Source: Candidatus Latescibacterota bacterium (lineage in GTDB: Bacteria; Latescibacterota; UBA2968; GCA-2709665). Taken from it: 64,000 nucleotides of DNA. Location of the stretch: assembly GCA_965205485.1 (NCBI GenBank), contig OZ242180.1, positions 1,920,001 to 1,984,000 on the forward strand, read 5' to 3'. Shown piece by piece: positions 28,658-39,564 of the stretch. The notes below the pieces were generated by a model that saw nothing but the letters and a program-made list of their open reading frames with translations, was not told the DNA's origin and made no database searches. Every line of letters starts with the position of its first letter. The stretch's first letter is position 1. Both the position numbers and the translations under genes were made by a program.

Positions 28658-29433
28658 TGCTGGACGAACCCTATCGATGGGCGGAGGCGGTAGCCAACCG
28701 GCGGGAATATATAGAGGACCAGCTCCGGGGCGGCAGTCCGGTTGTGGGTCTGGCTTATCGTGACGGCGCGCTGCTCTTGACGCTGGGTCGGGGACAACAG
28801 AAAATCTTCGAAGTCTACGATCGCATCGGTATGGCCGCGCTCGGGCATCCGGCCGACATCGAAAAGCTGCGGCAGTCCGCCGTGGATCTGGCGTCGGTGA
28901 TCGGGTTCAACTATTCCGAACAGGACGTGAACCTGCAGCAGATCGTACACTTCGGCCTGGGTCCCGCGGTCAAGACGGCGTTCGACGAGGTGTTCCGGTC
29001 GCCGTTCATCGTGCGTGTCCTGATGTTGGAGCTGGATGTATCGGAGGAAGGCGCTGTCTTTTATACCGTGGACTACGACGGCACGTTTCAGAAATACGAT
29101 GGCCGCGGCGTTGTGGGCGAGGTTCCGGAAGCGGACGGGTTGATGCGGAGCCGACTGCCGGATACGGACCGGCTCAGTCTGCGGAACGCTTTGAAGGCCG
29201 CGCTGGAGGCGTGGGCGGCCGGGCGGTTTGTGGGAACCCTGGACGAGATTCCACGGGATGTGTCGGAGTTGGAACGGTTGGCCGATGAGGCGGATCTGCA
29301 GGCCATCCTGAAGGACGCATTGGAATCGGCCGCGGTTGAGGCCGTGGTCCTGGACCGTTCCGAGCCTGGAAAACGCCGTTTTCGCGTCCTTGGCGACCGG
29401 GAGATTCGGCCCGTGATCAAGCCCTATCGTTGA
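28654..29433 (+). CDS. prcA: 20S proteasome alpha subunit
   Basis: RREYIEDQLRGGSPVV, KIFEVYDRIGMAALG; overlaps the prcB stop codon. Confidence 0.88.
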   Translation: MMLDEPYRWAEAVANRREYIEDQLRGGSPVVGLAYRDGALLLTLGRGQQKIFEVYDRIGMAALGHPADIEKLRQSAVDLASVIGFNYSEQDVNLQQIVHFGLGPAVKTAFDEVFRSPFIVRVLMLELDVSEEGAVFYTVDYDGTFQKYDGRGVVGEVPEADGLMRSRLPDTDRLSLRNALKAALEAWAAGRFVGTLDEIPRDVSELERLADEADLQAILKDALESAAVEAVVLDRSEPGKRRFRVLGDREIRPVIKPYR

Positions 29434-29467
29434 GCGCCGGCACAATTGCGTCTGAACCTTTGCCGCT

Positions 29468-29566
29468 CCCTGAGCACTTGCCCTGCTTGTGCTGCTTGCA
29501 CTGAGCTTGTCGAAGTGGCTTGTCGAAGCAAGCCTGCGGTCCCTGAGCCTGTCGAAGGGTCGAAGG
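29468..29566 (+). repeat. CCCTGAGCCTGTCGAAGGG-type REP-like cluster
   Basis: CTGAGCTTGTCGAAG and CCCTGAGCCTGTCGAAGGG units; same family at 40893-40983. Confidence 0.7.
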
Positions 29567-29637
29567 GGCGGCGACAATCTCATCGAACACCAGATCCTCG
29601 CCCCGCCCGTGTAGGGGCGTCCATACAAGGTCACGAA

Positions 29638-31104
29638 ATGGAACGTCGCATTTTCGGTCTGGAAACGGAATTCGGGTGCATGGCGCCGGAGCACGAGGGG
29701 TTTGTCAGCCCGGATGCCATTACGGTGAAGGTGAAGGACCACGTTTTTCACACCGAGCGCAAGGGTATCGTCGACATCCACTATCGGGGCCGCGACGAAC
29801 CGCCGGGAAACGGCGGTTTTTTGTTCAATTCCGGCAGGGTATATATCGATATGGGGCATATCGAATACACCACGCCGGAGTGCAAGAGCCTGTTCGACCT
29901 GGTGGCCTCCGACCGGGCGGGGGAACGGCTTCTGCAGCGGTCGCTTCGTTCGCTGGGGCTTGCGAAAGAGGCTTCGTTCCTCAAGAACAATATCGACCAT
30001 TATACGGGCGCCACGTTCGGCTGCCACGAGAATTACCTGATTCGGCGAAACGTACCGTTCTCCATGGTTGTGATACCGGCGCTGCTTCCTTTTCTGGTTA
30101 CGCGGCAGATCTACAGCGGCGCCGGCAGGGTGGGCAGCTACGACGACAGCTTTTACTACTATGGCAGGGACGACGTCGACGACGCCGGGCATGAGGACCC
30201 CGTCGCGTTTCAGATTTCGCAGCGCGCGGATCACATCGTCACGGAGATCTATCAGTGGATCCAGTTCAGCCGGGCGATCATCAACACGCGCGACGAACCC
30301 TTGGCCGACTATAACAAGTACCGCAGGCTGCACCTGCTGATGGGCGACTCCAATATGTCGGAGTACGCCACCGCGCTGAAGGTCGGTACTACCGCGATGG
30401 TGTTGAATCTGCTCGAGCAGAGGATTTTCCCGCAGGACGTGGGCCTTGGCGACCCGGTGTGGGCGTTGAAGGAGATTTCCAGGGACCCCTCCCATAAGTG
30501 GATTCTGGAACGCAAGAACGGCAGGCCGGTTTCCGCCGTGGATATCCAGCGTCGGTACCTGGATCTGGCGAAACGGCATCTGCGCGGGATGGATGAGGAG
30601 TCAGACTGGGTGCTGGTCGAATGGGAGGACACGCTGGACGCCCTCGAGCGGGATCCGATGGTCCTGAAGGACCGGCTGGACTGGGTGGCGAAGAAATGGA
30701 TGCTGGAAATGTTCGTGCAGTCGGAGGGCCTGGAGTGGAACGATCCGTGGCTTCAGAGCCTGGACCTGGAATTTCACAATATCGACCCCAACCGGGGGTT
30801 TTTCCTGGACCTCGAACACAAGGGGATGACGCGCCGTATTCTATCCGAGGAGCAGATCGCCCGCGCGGGAGACGAACCGCCCGCCGATACGCGGGCCCGG
30901 GGCCGGTCCGACGTGATCAGGGCCCTCTCGGAGAACCGGATGCGGTACATCGTGGACTGGGACTCGGTCTATCTGGAGAACGAAAGCCACCTGAGCCTTC
31001 TGGATCCGTTCGAGACCTACCGCGACGCGGCGGCAGAATTCATCCAGGAGATCCGTTCCGCGGCGCCCTCGCCCCGCCGCCCCATGCGCCGCAGGCTGAG
31101 ATGA
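29638..31104 (+). CDS. pafA: Pup/UBact ligase PafA-like protein
   Basis: MERRIFGLETEFG, FLFNSGRVYIDMGHIEYTTPEC, KNNID..GATFGCHENYL, RAIINTRDEPLAD. Confidence 0.9.
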   Translation: MERRIFGLETEFGCMAPEHEGFVSPDAITVKVKDHVFHTERKGIVDIHYRGRDEPPGNGGFLFNSGRVYIDMGHIEYTTPECKSLFDLVASDRAGERLLQRSLRSLGLAKEASFLKNNIDHYTGATFGCHENYLIRRNVPFSMVVIPALLPFLVTRQIYSGAGRVGSYDDSFYYYGRDDVDDAGHEDPVAFQISQRADHIVTEIYQWIQFSRAIINTRDEPLADYNKYRRLHLLMGDSNMSEYATALKVGTTAMVLNLLEQRIFPQDVGLGDPVWALKEISRDPSHKWILERKNGRPVSAVDIQRRYLDLAKRHLRGMDEESDWVLVEWEDTLDALERDPMVLKDRLDWVAKKWMLEMFVQSEGLEWNDPWLQSLDLEFHNIDPNRGFFLDLEHKGMTRRILSEEQIARAGDEPPADTRARGRSDVIRALSENRMRYIVDWDSVYLENESHLSLLDPFETYRDAAAEFIQEIRSAAPSPRRPMRRRLR

Positions 31105-31205
31105 CAACCGTGGGACAGGAGTCGTAGTCGCTCCACCATAAGTAAAGCAGCACACACGGGATGCCCGAAGGAACCCAAGCCTTCGTGCATCCCGTTTCAT
31201 TTGTC

Positions 31206-32003
31206 TCACCGCGATGCGAAATCCCGCTCGTCGTCCCGGTTCGCCTTCAGACCCGCCGCGTCGAGGCAGCGGTCCATCTCCGCGATCAGGTCATGGTAAC
31301 GGGTGCTTTCGAAATAGGCCCTGGCTCTGTCCGTCGTCCGGAGCCCCGTCTTGTCGGTATAGCGCATCGATGTGGTGTAGACGTCGTCAGCGGCGTCTTT
31401 CAGCAGCCGTGCGAATCGGGCCGGCTCGCAGTGGAGCAGCGGCGCCACCGCCGCGGTGACGTGAACGCCCGCGGCCCTCAAACGTCGCATGGTTTTCAGC
31501 CGGACGTCGATGCGAGGGGCGTGCGGCTCCAGCTTTCTCCGCACGCGGTCGTCGTCCGTGGGTACGGAAAAACACACGCGCAGAGGGAATTTGAACGTCC
31601 TCAGCAAGTCCACGTCATCCAGAACCAGGTGGCTACGCGTATGCACCACGACGTCTTTCGGGTTGCTGTCCTGCAGCACGCCCAGGCAGCGGCGGGTCAG
31701 CCGGTACTGACGTTCCACGTATTGATAGGGGTCTGTGGCGGAGCCCACGAAGATACGCCGGCCCCAGATCTTGTCTCGCGCCCTGCCCAGAAGAAACGGC
31801 GCGTTTGTCTTGGGCTGCACCCATGCCCCCCACGGCAGGGGGTGTTCCACGGCGTAGGGGTATTTCATGACGTAGCAATACGCGCACCCCATCCCGCAGC
31901 CCACGTAAGGATTCAGGGTGTACCGGGTGACGGGGGGGCCGTCCTGCGGCATCAGTACGGAACGCGCCGCGGTTTCTTCAATGGCTAGGTGAGTATGCGC
32001 CAT
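31206..32003 (-). CDS. Radical SAM protein, SplB-like DNA-repair family
   Basis: LNPYVGCGMGCAYCY (CxxxCxxC), GSATDPYQYVE..YRLTR..L, HTRSHLVLDD. Confidence 0.88.
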   Translation of the reverse strand: MAHTHLAIEETAARSVLMPQDGPPVTRYTLNPYVGCGMGCAYCYVMKYPYAVEHPLPWGAWVQPKTNAPFLLGRARDKIWGRRIFVGSATDPYQYVERQYRLTRRCLGVLQDSNPKDVVVHTRSHLVLDDVDLLRTFKFPLRVCFSVPTDDDRVRRKLEPHAPRIDVRLKTMRRLRAAGVHVTAAVAPLLHCEPARFARLLKDAADDVYTTSMRYTDKTGLRTTDRARAYFESTRYHDLIAEMDRCLDAAGLKANRDDERDFASR

Positions 32004-32009
32004 ACGCTG

Positions 32010-32038
32010 AATATACTGTACAAATGTTCAGATATCAA
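32010..32038 (-). promoter_or_regulatory. sigma70 promoter with embedded LexA-like box, probable leaderless transcript
   Basis: Minus strand TTGATA-tctgaacatttgtacag(17)-TATATT-N6-ATG. Confidence 0.65.
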
Positions 32039-32043
32039 GTGAG

Positions 32044-32610
32044 AAAAAGCTATCAGCGATCAGCCGTCAGCTAAAAACGAAAGGCAAATTCAAAAGCAAC
32101 CTCTCTCCCCGGCCCTCTCTCCTAAAGGAAAGAGGGAGCACGGCCAGGGTCTCGCGCCATAGCAGATTTTTCCGTTCGAGCGACCGGGGGTATGGGGGGT
32201 TTTTCCGTGTTAATCCGTTCCGCACCGATGTCTTGGCACACGTCAGGGGGTCGCAGGCCACCGAGTTGCATTCGTGCCTCTGAGGCGGTTCACGGAAAAA
32301 CCGGCCCCCCGCCGAGGGGCGCGGTTCTTTTTGGTCCTTTTTCTTACGCGGATAAGAAAAAGGACGTAAAAAATTGAAAAATAAGAAGTTATCATAAAAG
32401 AGCCGACTTGCAAATGACAAATCCTCTTTTGCCTTTCTGTTCAAAATCGTTCCTACCGCGTGTTCCTCAAGAACGGGAAGACGTGAGACGGAAGAGGGTA
32501 GAGATCGCCTGCCGTGTAATGTTTCTTCTCATGCCGCAGGCAAGTCGGAGGAACAAATCGGCAAGGGTTTCTTCTACCGTCTCGCCTCTACCGTCTAACC
32601 GCTTCTTCCC
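32044..32610 (+). repeat. Composite dispersed repeat, copy E
   Basis: Core IR 32198-32209 / 32291-32302 plus flanking modules. Confidence 0.9.
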
Positions 32611-32712
32611 TTGTTTCATGCAACCCAAGTCCATCCGCCGGCGTCCCATACATAGAGGCTATCTATTTCGACGTGTTCGGCCCGAGTGCCGTGAACGTGA
32701 GGAGGAACCCGG

Positions 32713-33819
32713 ATGAAAACCACACTTGTGCTGTTGTTGACCGCTGCCGTCGTCGTTGTCGCACTGGCCCTGGGCCCCGGGGACGGCCGTTCCGAAACGA
32801 AGAACGTGGAGCAGGCCACCTTTGCCGGCGGATGCTTCTGGTGCATCGAGGCGCCATTCGATAAACTCGAGGGCGTTGTTTCCGCGGTATCCGGCTATAC
32901 CGGCGGGGAGATCCGGAATCCCACCTACGGCCAGGTCAGTAAGGGCATTACCCGGCACATCGAGTCGGTGCTGGTCACGTACGACCCCTCCGTGGTCACC
33001 TACGCGCAATTGCTCGACGTATTCTGGATGCAGTTCGACCCCACCGATGCCGGAGGGTCGTTCTATGATCGGGGCCATCAGTATTCGTCCGCCATCTTCT
33101 ATCATGACGAGAAGCAGAAGCAATTGGCGGAAGCTTCGAAAGACGCCCTTGGGAAATCCGGTCGCTTCAACGCCCGCATCGTCACGCCCATCCGGCCGGC
33201 GGAGACCTTTTATCCGGCGGAGGAATATCACCAGGACTACTACAGAAAGAAGCCGGCCCACTACAACCGCTACCGGAAGGGCTCCGGCCGCGACCGGTTT
33301 ATCGAAAAGACCTGGGGACGCGACCAAACGTCCGAATCCTCCAGCGGGACCTGGATGAAGCCTCCTGACGCGGACCTGCGCCGGAAACTGACGCCGCTGC
33401 AGTGGAACGTCACCCAGGAAGACGGTACCGAGCGGCCGTTCCGCAACGAGTATTGGGACAACAAGAAGCCGGGCATCTACGTGGACGTCGCGTCGGGAGA
33501 GCCCCTCTTCAGTTCAACGCACAAATACAGGTCGGGCACGGGATGGCCGAGCTTTACGCAGCCGCTCGTGCCGGAACACGTGGTTGAGCGCGTGGACAAC
33601 AGTCTCTTCATGACCCGAACCGAGGTACGCAGCAAGTACGGGGATTCCCATCTCGGCCACGTATTCAATGACGGCCCCGCACCGACCGGACTGCGCTATT
33701 GCATCAATTCGGCCGCGCTGAGGTTCATTCCCGCGGATGAACTGAAGGCTGCCGGGTATGCCAGGTACCAGGACCTGTTCAAGGACCTGGCGGTGACCGC
33801 GGGAAAACCGTCTGAGTAG
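32713..33819 (+). CDS. msrAB: Exported bifunctional peptide methionine sulfoxide reductase MsrA/MsrB
   Basis: Signal peptide, [43 protein letters not shown]. Confidence 0.96.
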   Translation: MKTTLVLLLTAAVVVVALALGPGDGRSETKNVEQATFAGGCFWCIEAPFDKLEGVVSAVSGYTGGEIRNPTYGQVSKGITRHIESVLVTYDPSVVTYAQLLDVFWMQFDPTDAGGSFYDRGHQYSSAIFYHDEKQKQLAEASKDALGKSGRFNARIVTPIRPAETFYPAEEYHQDYYRKKPAHYNRYRKGSGRDRFIEKTWGRDQTSESSSGTWMKPPDADLRRKLTPLQWNVTQEDGTERPFRNEYWDNKKPGIYVDVASGEPLFSSTHKYRSGTGWPSFTQPLVPEHVVERVDNSLFMTRTEVRSKYGDSHLGHVFNDGPAPTGLRYCINSAALRFIPADELKAAGYARYQDLFKDLAVTAGKPSE

Positions 33820-33883
33820 AAGATTCTGCGCCAAACACATTTGCATGGTGGAGCGGACATTCCTGTCTGCTCGCACCGAAAGT

Positions 33884-33927
33884 AAAAAAAGCGCATCGCC
33901 CCGCAGGATTGGGGCGATGCGCTTTTT
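33884..33927. terminator. Bidirectional intrinsic terminator
   Basis: A7-GCGCATCGCCCC-loop-GGGGCGATGCGC-T5 between convergent genes. Confidence 0.9.
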
Positions 33928-33942
33928 CGGTTCCAAATCTCT

Positions 33943-34569
33943 CTATCCAGTAATCTCGTCGGTAGAAACGACCGTGACGCCGCGAGCCTTCCAGCCTTCC
34001 ACCAGCGTTTCTCCCCGTTCGGGGAAGATGGCCTGCGTGGCGTCCAGCACCAGTTGGACGGGCGCGGTGTTTCTCTCGAGAAAGCCGTCGATGGCGTAGG
34101 CATTGCAGACGTCCAGGGCAACGCCGTACAGTACGATGCGACCGGGCCTGACAGCGTTCAGAACGGGCTCCACGTTCCGGTTGGTGAACACGTCGAAGCG
34201 CTGTTTGCGGAAGATGACCTCGCCCGTGTGGTTTTGGACCCGTTCGCCGAGCGCCGCGGTGTCTTCCGCGGCGCTGTCGATCCACAGCGGATTCACCGGG
34301 TGTGTTTCCGTGACTTTTCGCTGGCCCGGGGTGTTCTTGAGACAGTGCGGCGGAAAGGTGTCCTGGAAGTCGGGCGAATCCGAAATCTCCGGATCGTCGG
34401 GGTTGTGGTAGTCCACGGACCCGAAGATGGGGATATTGCGCTGCCGGGCGCATGCCGTGAGCCGATCCAGGTTGGGCAGGATTCTCTCCGCGTCCCGGAT
34501 GTAGAGTTTGCCGTCCGGCATGATGAAGTCGAACTGGGTGTCCACGTCCCAGAAGATGGTCTCGGCCAT
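33943..34569 (-). CDS. Isochorismatase-family cysteine hydrolase (nicotinamidase-like)
   Basis: WDVDTQFDF, FPPHC, FRKQRFDVFTN, GVALDVC; start at MAETIF. Confidence 0.88.
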   Translation of the reverse strand: MAETIFWDVDTQFDFIMPDGKLYIRDAERILPNLDRLTACARQRNIPIFGSVDYHNPDDPEISDSPDFQDTFPPHCLKNTPGQRKVTETHPVNPLWIDSAAEDTAALGERVQNHTGEVIFRKQRFDVFTNRNVEPVLNAVRPGRIVLYGVALDVCNAYAIDGFLERNTAPVQLVLDATQAIFPERGETLVEGWKARGVTVVSTDEITG

Positions 34570-34658
34570 GGGCCTGTCCCCCGAATTTTTCGGAAAAAGA
34601 TACGGCAAATCGGAGACGATAACAAGAGCGGCGCCGTTCGCGCGCGACAGTCGGCAGT

Positions 34659-35390
34659 CTATCCGTTCGTCGTATCCGGCGGCTCGGCGAGCTTCTGCAT
34701 GATTATGCCCGCGGCCACGGAGACGTTGAGCGAGGCGACGTGTCCCGTCGATGGAATCCTGCAGGTGGCGTCGCACTTGTCCAGCGTAAGACGGCGGAGC
34801 CCGCGTTCCTCGTTGCCCAGGACAATCAGCCACGGCCGGTCGGCCGCGATCCGGTCCAGGCTCGTGTCGGCATGTTCGGACGCGCCCAGAATCCAGAGGT
34901 TCGCCTTCCGCGCCAGGTCGAGCGCCCTGCCGAGATTGGCCGGGAAGCAGAAGGGCACGTGCTCGACACCGCCGGATGCGACGTCGTACACGGTATCCGT
35001 GAGTGGCGCCGAGCGGTCCCGTGTGATCAGGATGCCGCGGACACCGAAGAAGGCGGCGGTCCGAAAGATCGCCCCCACGTTGTGCGGGTCCTGCACCCGG
35101 TCGAGCGCGAGCCAGAGTCCGGTTTCAGGCACGTTCGCGAACAGATCCTGGACCGGGACCGCGCTTCGTTCCCTGACAACGGCCTCGGCGCCGCCGGCCC
35201 GTCCACTCCGGTTTTGCCTCCGCGAGCCCCGTTTCTCGCCCCCGAATTTGACGCCGATTTCCATGGCGGACGACTGCACCCGGCTCCACGGGCCGGCCAC
35301 GGGGTCCGGCAGACGGATTTCGTAGACGTCCTGGGGCCGGGATCGCAAAACGGCCAGGATGCTGTGAGGGTTCTTCAGGTGGAGAGGCAT
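34659..35390 (-). CDS. TrmH/RlmB-like SPOUT RNA methyltransferase
   Basis: LDRVQDPHNVGAIFRTA, VLGNEERGLR, SLNVSVAAG. Confidence 0.92.
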   Translation of the reverse strand: MPLHLKNPHSILAVLRSRPQDVYEIRLPDPVAGPWSRVQSSAMEIGVKFGGEKRGSRRQNRSGRAGGAEAVVRERSAVPVQDLFANVPETGLWLALDRVQDPHNVGAIFRTAAFFGVRGILITRDRSAPLTDTVYDVASGGVEHVPFCFPANLGRALDLARKANLWILGASEHADTSLDRIAADRPWLIVLGNEERGLRRLTLDKCDATCRIPSTGHVASLNVSVAAGIIMQKLAEPPDTTNG

Positions 35391-35421
35391 TGCGGTTCCT
35401 GTTTTCCCGGGCCGCGGCCGG

Positions 35422-37047
35422 CTATCCGAACTTTCCCTCCGCATACTGCCGGCGGATGACTTTCTTGTCCAGTTTTCCGACGCTTGTTTTGGGGATCTGC
35501 TCCACGAAGACGATTCTGTCGGGTACCCAGTATTTCGGATATGCGGACGCGAGGCGCGCCCGGAGCGCCTCGGCCGTGACCGGGTCCGCGCTGGGCGACC
35601 GTACGGCGATGGCGAAGGGTCGTTCCGTCCATTTTGCGTCGGGAACGGCGATGACGGCGGCCTCGGTGACGGCCGGGTGGTCCATGAGCGTGTTCTCCAG
35701 CGCCACGCTCGATATCCACTCGCCGCCGCTCTTGATGAGGTCTCTCGTCCGGTCCGTGATGGTGAGGAAGCCGTCCGGACTCATCGAGCCGACGTCGCCG
35801 GTCCGGAACCACCCGTCGGCCGTGAAGTGATCTGACGCGGGGTCCTGTCTGTAATAGCTCCCGATCACCCACGGACCCCTCACCTGTACCTCGCCCATGC
35901 TGCTGCCGTCCCATGGCGCTTCGTTTCCGGAATCGTCCACGATCCTCATGTCGACACCGCAAATGGGATATCCCTGCCTGGCTTTCACGTCCCACCTGTC
36001 CGCTTCCGGAAGGGCGCGATGATGCCGTTGCAGCCTGGAGACGGTCCCGAGGGGCGAGAGTTCGGTCATTCCCCAGGCGTGTACGACCGGCACGTCGAGT
36101 TCGGTTTCGTAGGCTTCGATCAAGCCGCGCGGCATGGCCGCCCCGCCCACAATCAGGGCGCGAATGCTGGAGATGTCGCGTGGATTGACTTTCAACTCTT
36201 CGTACAGCCCGGTCCAGATGGTGGGGACGCCGGCGGTGACCGTGACGCCTTCCTCCGCGATCATCCTCGCAAGGGCGGCGGGATTCGGGTGGGGTCCGGG
36301 CAGGACCAGTTCCGCGCCGGCCGCGGCGCAGGCATACGGCAGCCCCCAGGCCATGGCGTGAAACTGCGGTACGACGGGCATCACGACGTCTGATTCGACG
36401 AGGCCCACCGCGTTGGACTGGTTCACGCCGAGGGTGTGCAGAAACATCGAACGGTGCGAGTACAGCGCGCCCCGGGGCTCGCCGGTGGTGCCGCTGGTGT
36501 AGCAGAGGCCCATGGCCCTGTCTTCGTCCAAAACGGGCCATTCGAACGAATCGCTGCCGCCGGCGATCAGGGTTTCGTAGCAGCAGGTGTCCGACAGGGC
36601 GGTCCGGATTCGCGGTTCCACGTTGAACAGGACGATGCGCGGGCAGCGGTCGAGTCGGGCTGCCACGGCTTCGAAGCGGGGCAGCAGGGTTGCGTCCACA
36701 AAGATGGCCTTATCTTCCGCGTGGCCGATGATATACGCCAGCTGATCCGGAGAGAGGCGGATATTCAGCGTATGGCAGACGGCGCCGCTGCCGGGTACGG
36801 CGAAATACAGTTCCAGGTGCTGGTAGTTGTTCCAGGCGAAGGTGCCCACCCGGTCGCCGGGTTCGATACCCAGCCCGCCAAGCGCGCTTGCGAGTCGCTT
36901 CGACCGGCTGTACAGGTCCGACCAGGTGTACCGGTGGGCGGTTCCGTCGGGCAATACAGTCGTTATGCGTTTTCCAGGGTACAGACGGTTGGCGTGCTCC
37001 AGGATCCTTTCCATAGTGAGGGGGTAGTCCATCATAAGGCCCTGCAT
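35422..37047 (-). CDS. Long-chain fatty-acid--CoA ligase
   Basis: [44 protein letters not shown]. Confidence 0.94.
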   Translation of the reverse strand: MQGLMMDYPLTMERILEHANRLYPGKRITTVLPDGTAHRYTWSDLYSRSKRLASALGGLGIEPGDRVGTFAWNNYQHLELYFAVPGSGAVCHTLNIRLSPDQLAYIIGHAEDKAIFVDATLLPRFEAVAARLDRCPRIVLFNVEPRIRTALSDTCCYETLIAGGSDSFEWPVLDEDRAMGLCYTSGTTGEPRGALYSHRSMFLHTLGVNQSNAVGLVESDVVMPVVPQFHAMAWGLPYACAAAGAELVLPGPHPNPAALARMIAEEGVTVTAGVPTIWTGLYEELKVNPRDISSIRALIVGGAAMPRGLIEAYETELDVPVVHAWGMTELSPLGTVSRLQRHHRALPEADRWDVKARQGYPICGVDMRIVDDSGNEAPWDGSSMGEVQVRGPWVIGSYYRQDPASDHFTADGWFRTGDVGSMSPDGFLTITDRTRDLIKSGGEWISSVALENTLMDHPAVTEAAVIAVPDAKWTERPFAIAVRSPSADPVTAEALRARLASAYPKYWVPDRIVFVEQIPKTSVGKLDKKVIRRQYAEGKFG

Positions 37048-37126
37048 GGATTGCGCTCCTCGGGAAATCGTCGCCAACGTCTGAAAACCGCTGTAGCGAC
37101 GGCTCGGCCCGCTAACATAAGCCGGG

Positions 37127-39559
37127 TTACGGGAGGTACTCTTCAGGGGTGAACGCGTCCACCCGGACCGCCTCGTCCCTGGCGGTCTCCGCGCGCCGGA
37201 ACAGCTCCGCGTCTTCCCGCGTAATCAGCTCTTTTTCGACGGCTTGTTCCACCAGCCGGTGAGGGTCCCGGCCCGATAGCATGCCCGCGCGCGCGGCCTC
37301 TTTGATGGCGCGGGAAACGGGTTCGGCCCTGCAGGAAAGCTCGAATGCGGATTCAAGTCGGGCCAGGGGTTCATCGGGCGAGTCCGGCAGGTGGATGTCC
37401 GAAGTCAGCGCGTCCCGGTCCGGGCCGGGCGTCCGGATGGCGCGGGCGACGTCGCCGCCGAGGGCATCCGATGGCATGCTGCCGATCGGGTTGAGGCGAA
37501 ACCACAGCGCGACCGGATAGCGGAACAGCAGACTCAGGCCGGGGAAAGCGCGCAGGTTCCGGAACAGGCCGCTGAATCCGGTTTGGATCTGAGCGAACGC
37601 GTATTGCATCGCCCAGTGCAGATAGGGCAGGTGGCCCGGTCTGCGTCCTTCCGCTTCGAATCGGCGCGTGACGGCCGTGCCCAGGTACATCCACGAAAGG
37701 ACGTCGGCGAAACGGCCGGCCAGTTTCTCTTCTTTTTTCAGCGCGCCGCCCAATGTGATCAGGGCGACGTCGGCCAGAAAGGCAAAGGTGGCCGACGTCC
37801 AGGCCAGTTTGCGATAGTACCGGGACGCCGGCCCCCGCACCGGCGAGGCGGCCAGATAACCTCGCGACAGGCTCAGGAGCGCGGCGCGGAAGGCGTTGCG
37901 AATGAAGTGGCCGGCGTGGGCCCAAAACGCGCGATCGAAGGCGCGCAGGTTGCCGGTCTTGAGCGCCTGTATTTCTTCATAGATGTACGGATGGCACCGG
38001 ATTGCGCCCTGCCCGAACGTGATGAACGTCCGCGTGAGGATATTCGCGCCTTCCACCGTGATGGCGATGGGCGCCCAGAGATATGACCGGGCGAGCAGGT
38101 TTCTGGGACCCTGGGCGATGGCGTTGCCGGCCAGGACGTCCATGCCGTCCATAATGGCGCGCCGGTGGAGCTCCGTGAGATTGAATTTGACGATGGCGGA
38201 GACCACGGCCGATTTCTCACCCGCGTCCAGGCCGCCGCAGGTGAAACGCCTCGCGGCCTCCATCAGATAGGTAAAGCCGCCGATACGCGCGAGCGGCTCC
38301 TCCACGCCCTGGAACCGGCCGATGGAAAGTCCGAACTGTTTGCGTACGGTGGCGTGGGCGCCCGCCACCCGCGCGGTCAGCTTGGCGCCGAAGGCCGCGG
38401 TTGCAGGCAGCGAGATGCCGCGTCCCGCGGCGAGGGATTCCATGAGCATGCGCCAGCCCTGGCCGGCGCCTTCCGGACCGCCGATGATGGCGTCAGCCGG
38501 GACGACGACGTCCCGGCCCTCGGTGGGGGCATTGTGGAAGGGCACGCCCATCGGATCGTGCCGCCTGTCCACCACAACGCCCGGCGTGTCGCGTGGAACG
38601 AGGGCGCAGGTGATGCCCGGGTTGTTGCCCTTGCCCAGCAGATTTTCCGGATCCCTGAGTTTGAAGGCCAGTCCGATCAGTGTGGAAATGGAAGCCAGCG
38701 TGATATACCGCTTGTTCCAGTTCAGCCGCAGATAGGTCCGTTCGTCCTCGCCTTTGAAGACGACCCCGCTGGACCGGATGCTGCCGGCGTCGGACCCGGC
38801 GTTCGGCTCGGTGAGGGCAAAGCAGGGAATCTCTTCGCCGCGCGCCAGGCGCGGCAGGAAACGGTCCTTCTGGTCCTGGGTGCCGTAATGGATCAGCAGT
38901 TCCGCCGGCCCGAGCGAGTTGGGCACCATGACGGTGACGGCCAGAGGCATGGAGCGCGAGGCCAGCTTGCCGACAATGGCGCTGTGAGCCGAGGCGGAGA
39001 ATCCAAGCCCGCCGAATTCCTCGGGGATGATGATGCCGTAAAACCGTTGCTTCTTGAGGGTGTCCCAGAGTTCCCGCGGGAGGTCTCTGTCCCGGTGAAT
39101 CTGCCAGTCATCCGCCATCCGGCACGCGGCTTCCACGGGGCCGCTGAGGAATGCGCGCTCCCTTTCGTTCAGGTCGGGGTAGGGTTCACTGTTCAGACGC
39201 CTGAAATCGGGTTTGCCGGAGAAGAGGTCGGCGTCGATCCATACGCTGCCGGCTTCGATGGCGGCCTGTTCGGTAGGAGAGATGGTTGGAAGGAGTTTGA
39301 GGACCCTGAGGATCTTGAGGATCCAGAAGGAAATCAGAATGCGGCGCAGCGGCCGCAGGTTGAGGAGCAGCGCAAGGGCGCCGAAGCCCCACCAGAGGCC
39401 GCCGGGAGCGCCGAATGCCCATAGCCCCGCGGCCGAGAAGACCGTCCAGAGCCACAGCGGGGCGCCGGTGAAACCCAGGACGCACACGAGGACCGCGATG
39501 CCGAGGGCTTCCACGTACGTAAGGGACAGGACGCCGCAGGTTGAAGTCAGAACGTCCAT
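37127..39559 (-). CDS. fadE: Acyl-CoA dehydrogenase, FadE type
   Basis: [49 protein letters not shown]-terminal TM segments. Confidence 0.93.
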   Translation of the reverse strand: MDVLTSTCGVLSLTYVEALGIAVLVCVLGFTGAPLWLWTVFSAAGLWAFGAPGGLWWGFGALALLLNLRPLRRILISFWILKILRVLKLLPTISPTEQAAIEAGSVWIDADLFSGKPDFRRLNSEPYPDLNERERAFLSGPVEAACRMADDWQIHRDRDLPRELWDTLKKQRFYGIIIPEEFGGLGFSASAHSAIVGKLASRSMPLAVTVMVPNSLGPAELLIHYGTQDQKDRFLPRLARGEEIPCFALTEPNAGSDAGSIRSSGVVFKGEDERTYLRLNWNKRYITLASISTLIGLAFKLRDPENLLGKGNNPGITCALVPRDTPGVVVDRRHDPMGVPFHNAPTEGRDVVVPADAIIGGPEGAGQGWRMLMESLAAGRGISLPATAAFGAKLTARVAGAHATVRKQFGLSIGRFQGVEEPLARIGGFTYLMEAARRFTCGGLDAGEKSAVVSAIVKFNLTELHRRAIMDGMDVLAGNAIAQGPRNLLARSYLWAPIAITVEGANILTRTFITFGQGAIRCHPYIYEEIQALKTGNLRAFDRAFWAHAGHFIRNAFRAALLSLSRGYLAASPVRGPASRYYRKLAWTSATFAFLADVALITLGGALKKEEKLAGRFADVLSWMYLGTAVTRRFEAEGRRPGHLPYLHWAMQYAFAQIQTGFSGLFRNLRAFPGLSLLFRYPVALWFRLNPIGSMPSDALGGDVARAIRTPGPDRDALTSDIHLPDSPDEPLARLESAFELSCRAEPVSRAIKEAARAGMLSGRDPHRLVEQAVEKELITREDAELFRRAETARDEAVRVDAFTPEEYLP

Positions 39560-39564
39560 GCATT

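Noticed and set aside
29446..29637. N-terminal extension of PafA in the ORF track
   Set aside because: It translates a REP-like cluster; family similarity begins at MERRIFG (29638). Several other ORF-track starts were trimmed for the same reason
25928..30579. Long antisense ORFs (25928-27559, 28606-30579; likewise 53772-55427)
   Set aside because: Shadow frames of well-supported high-GC genes with no recognisable motifs
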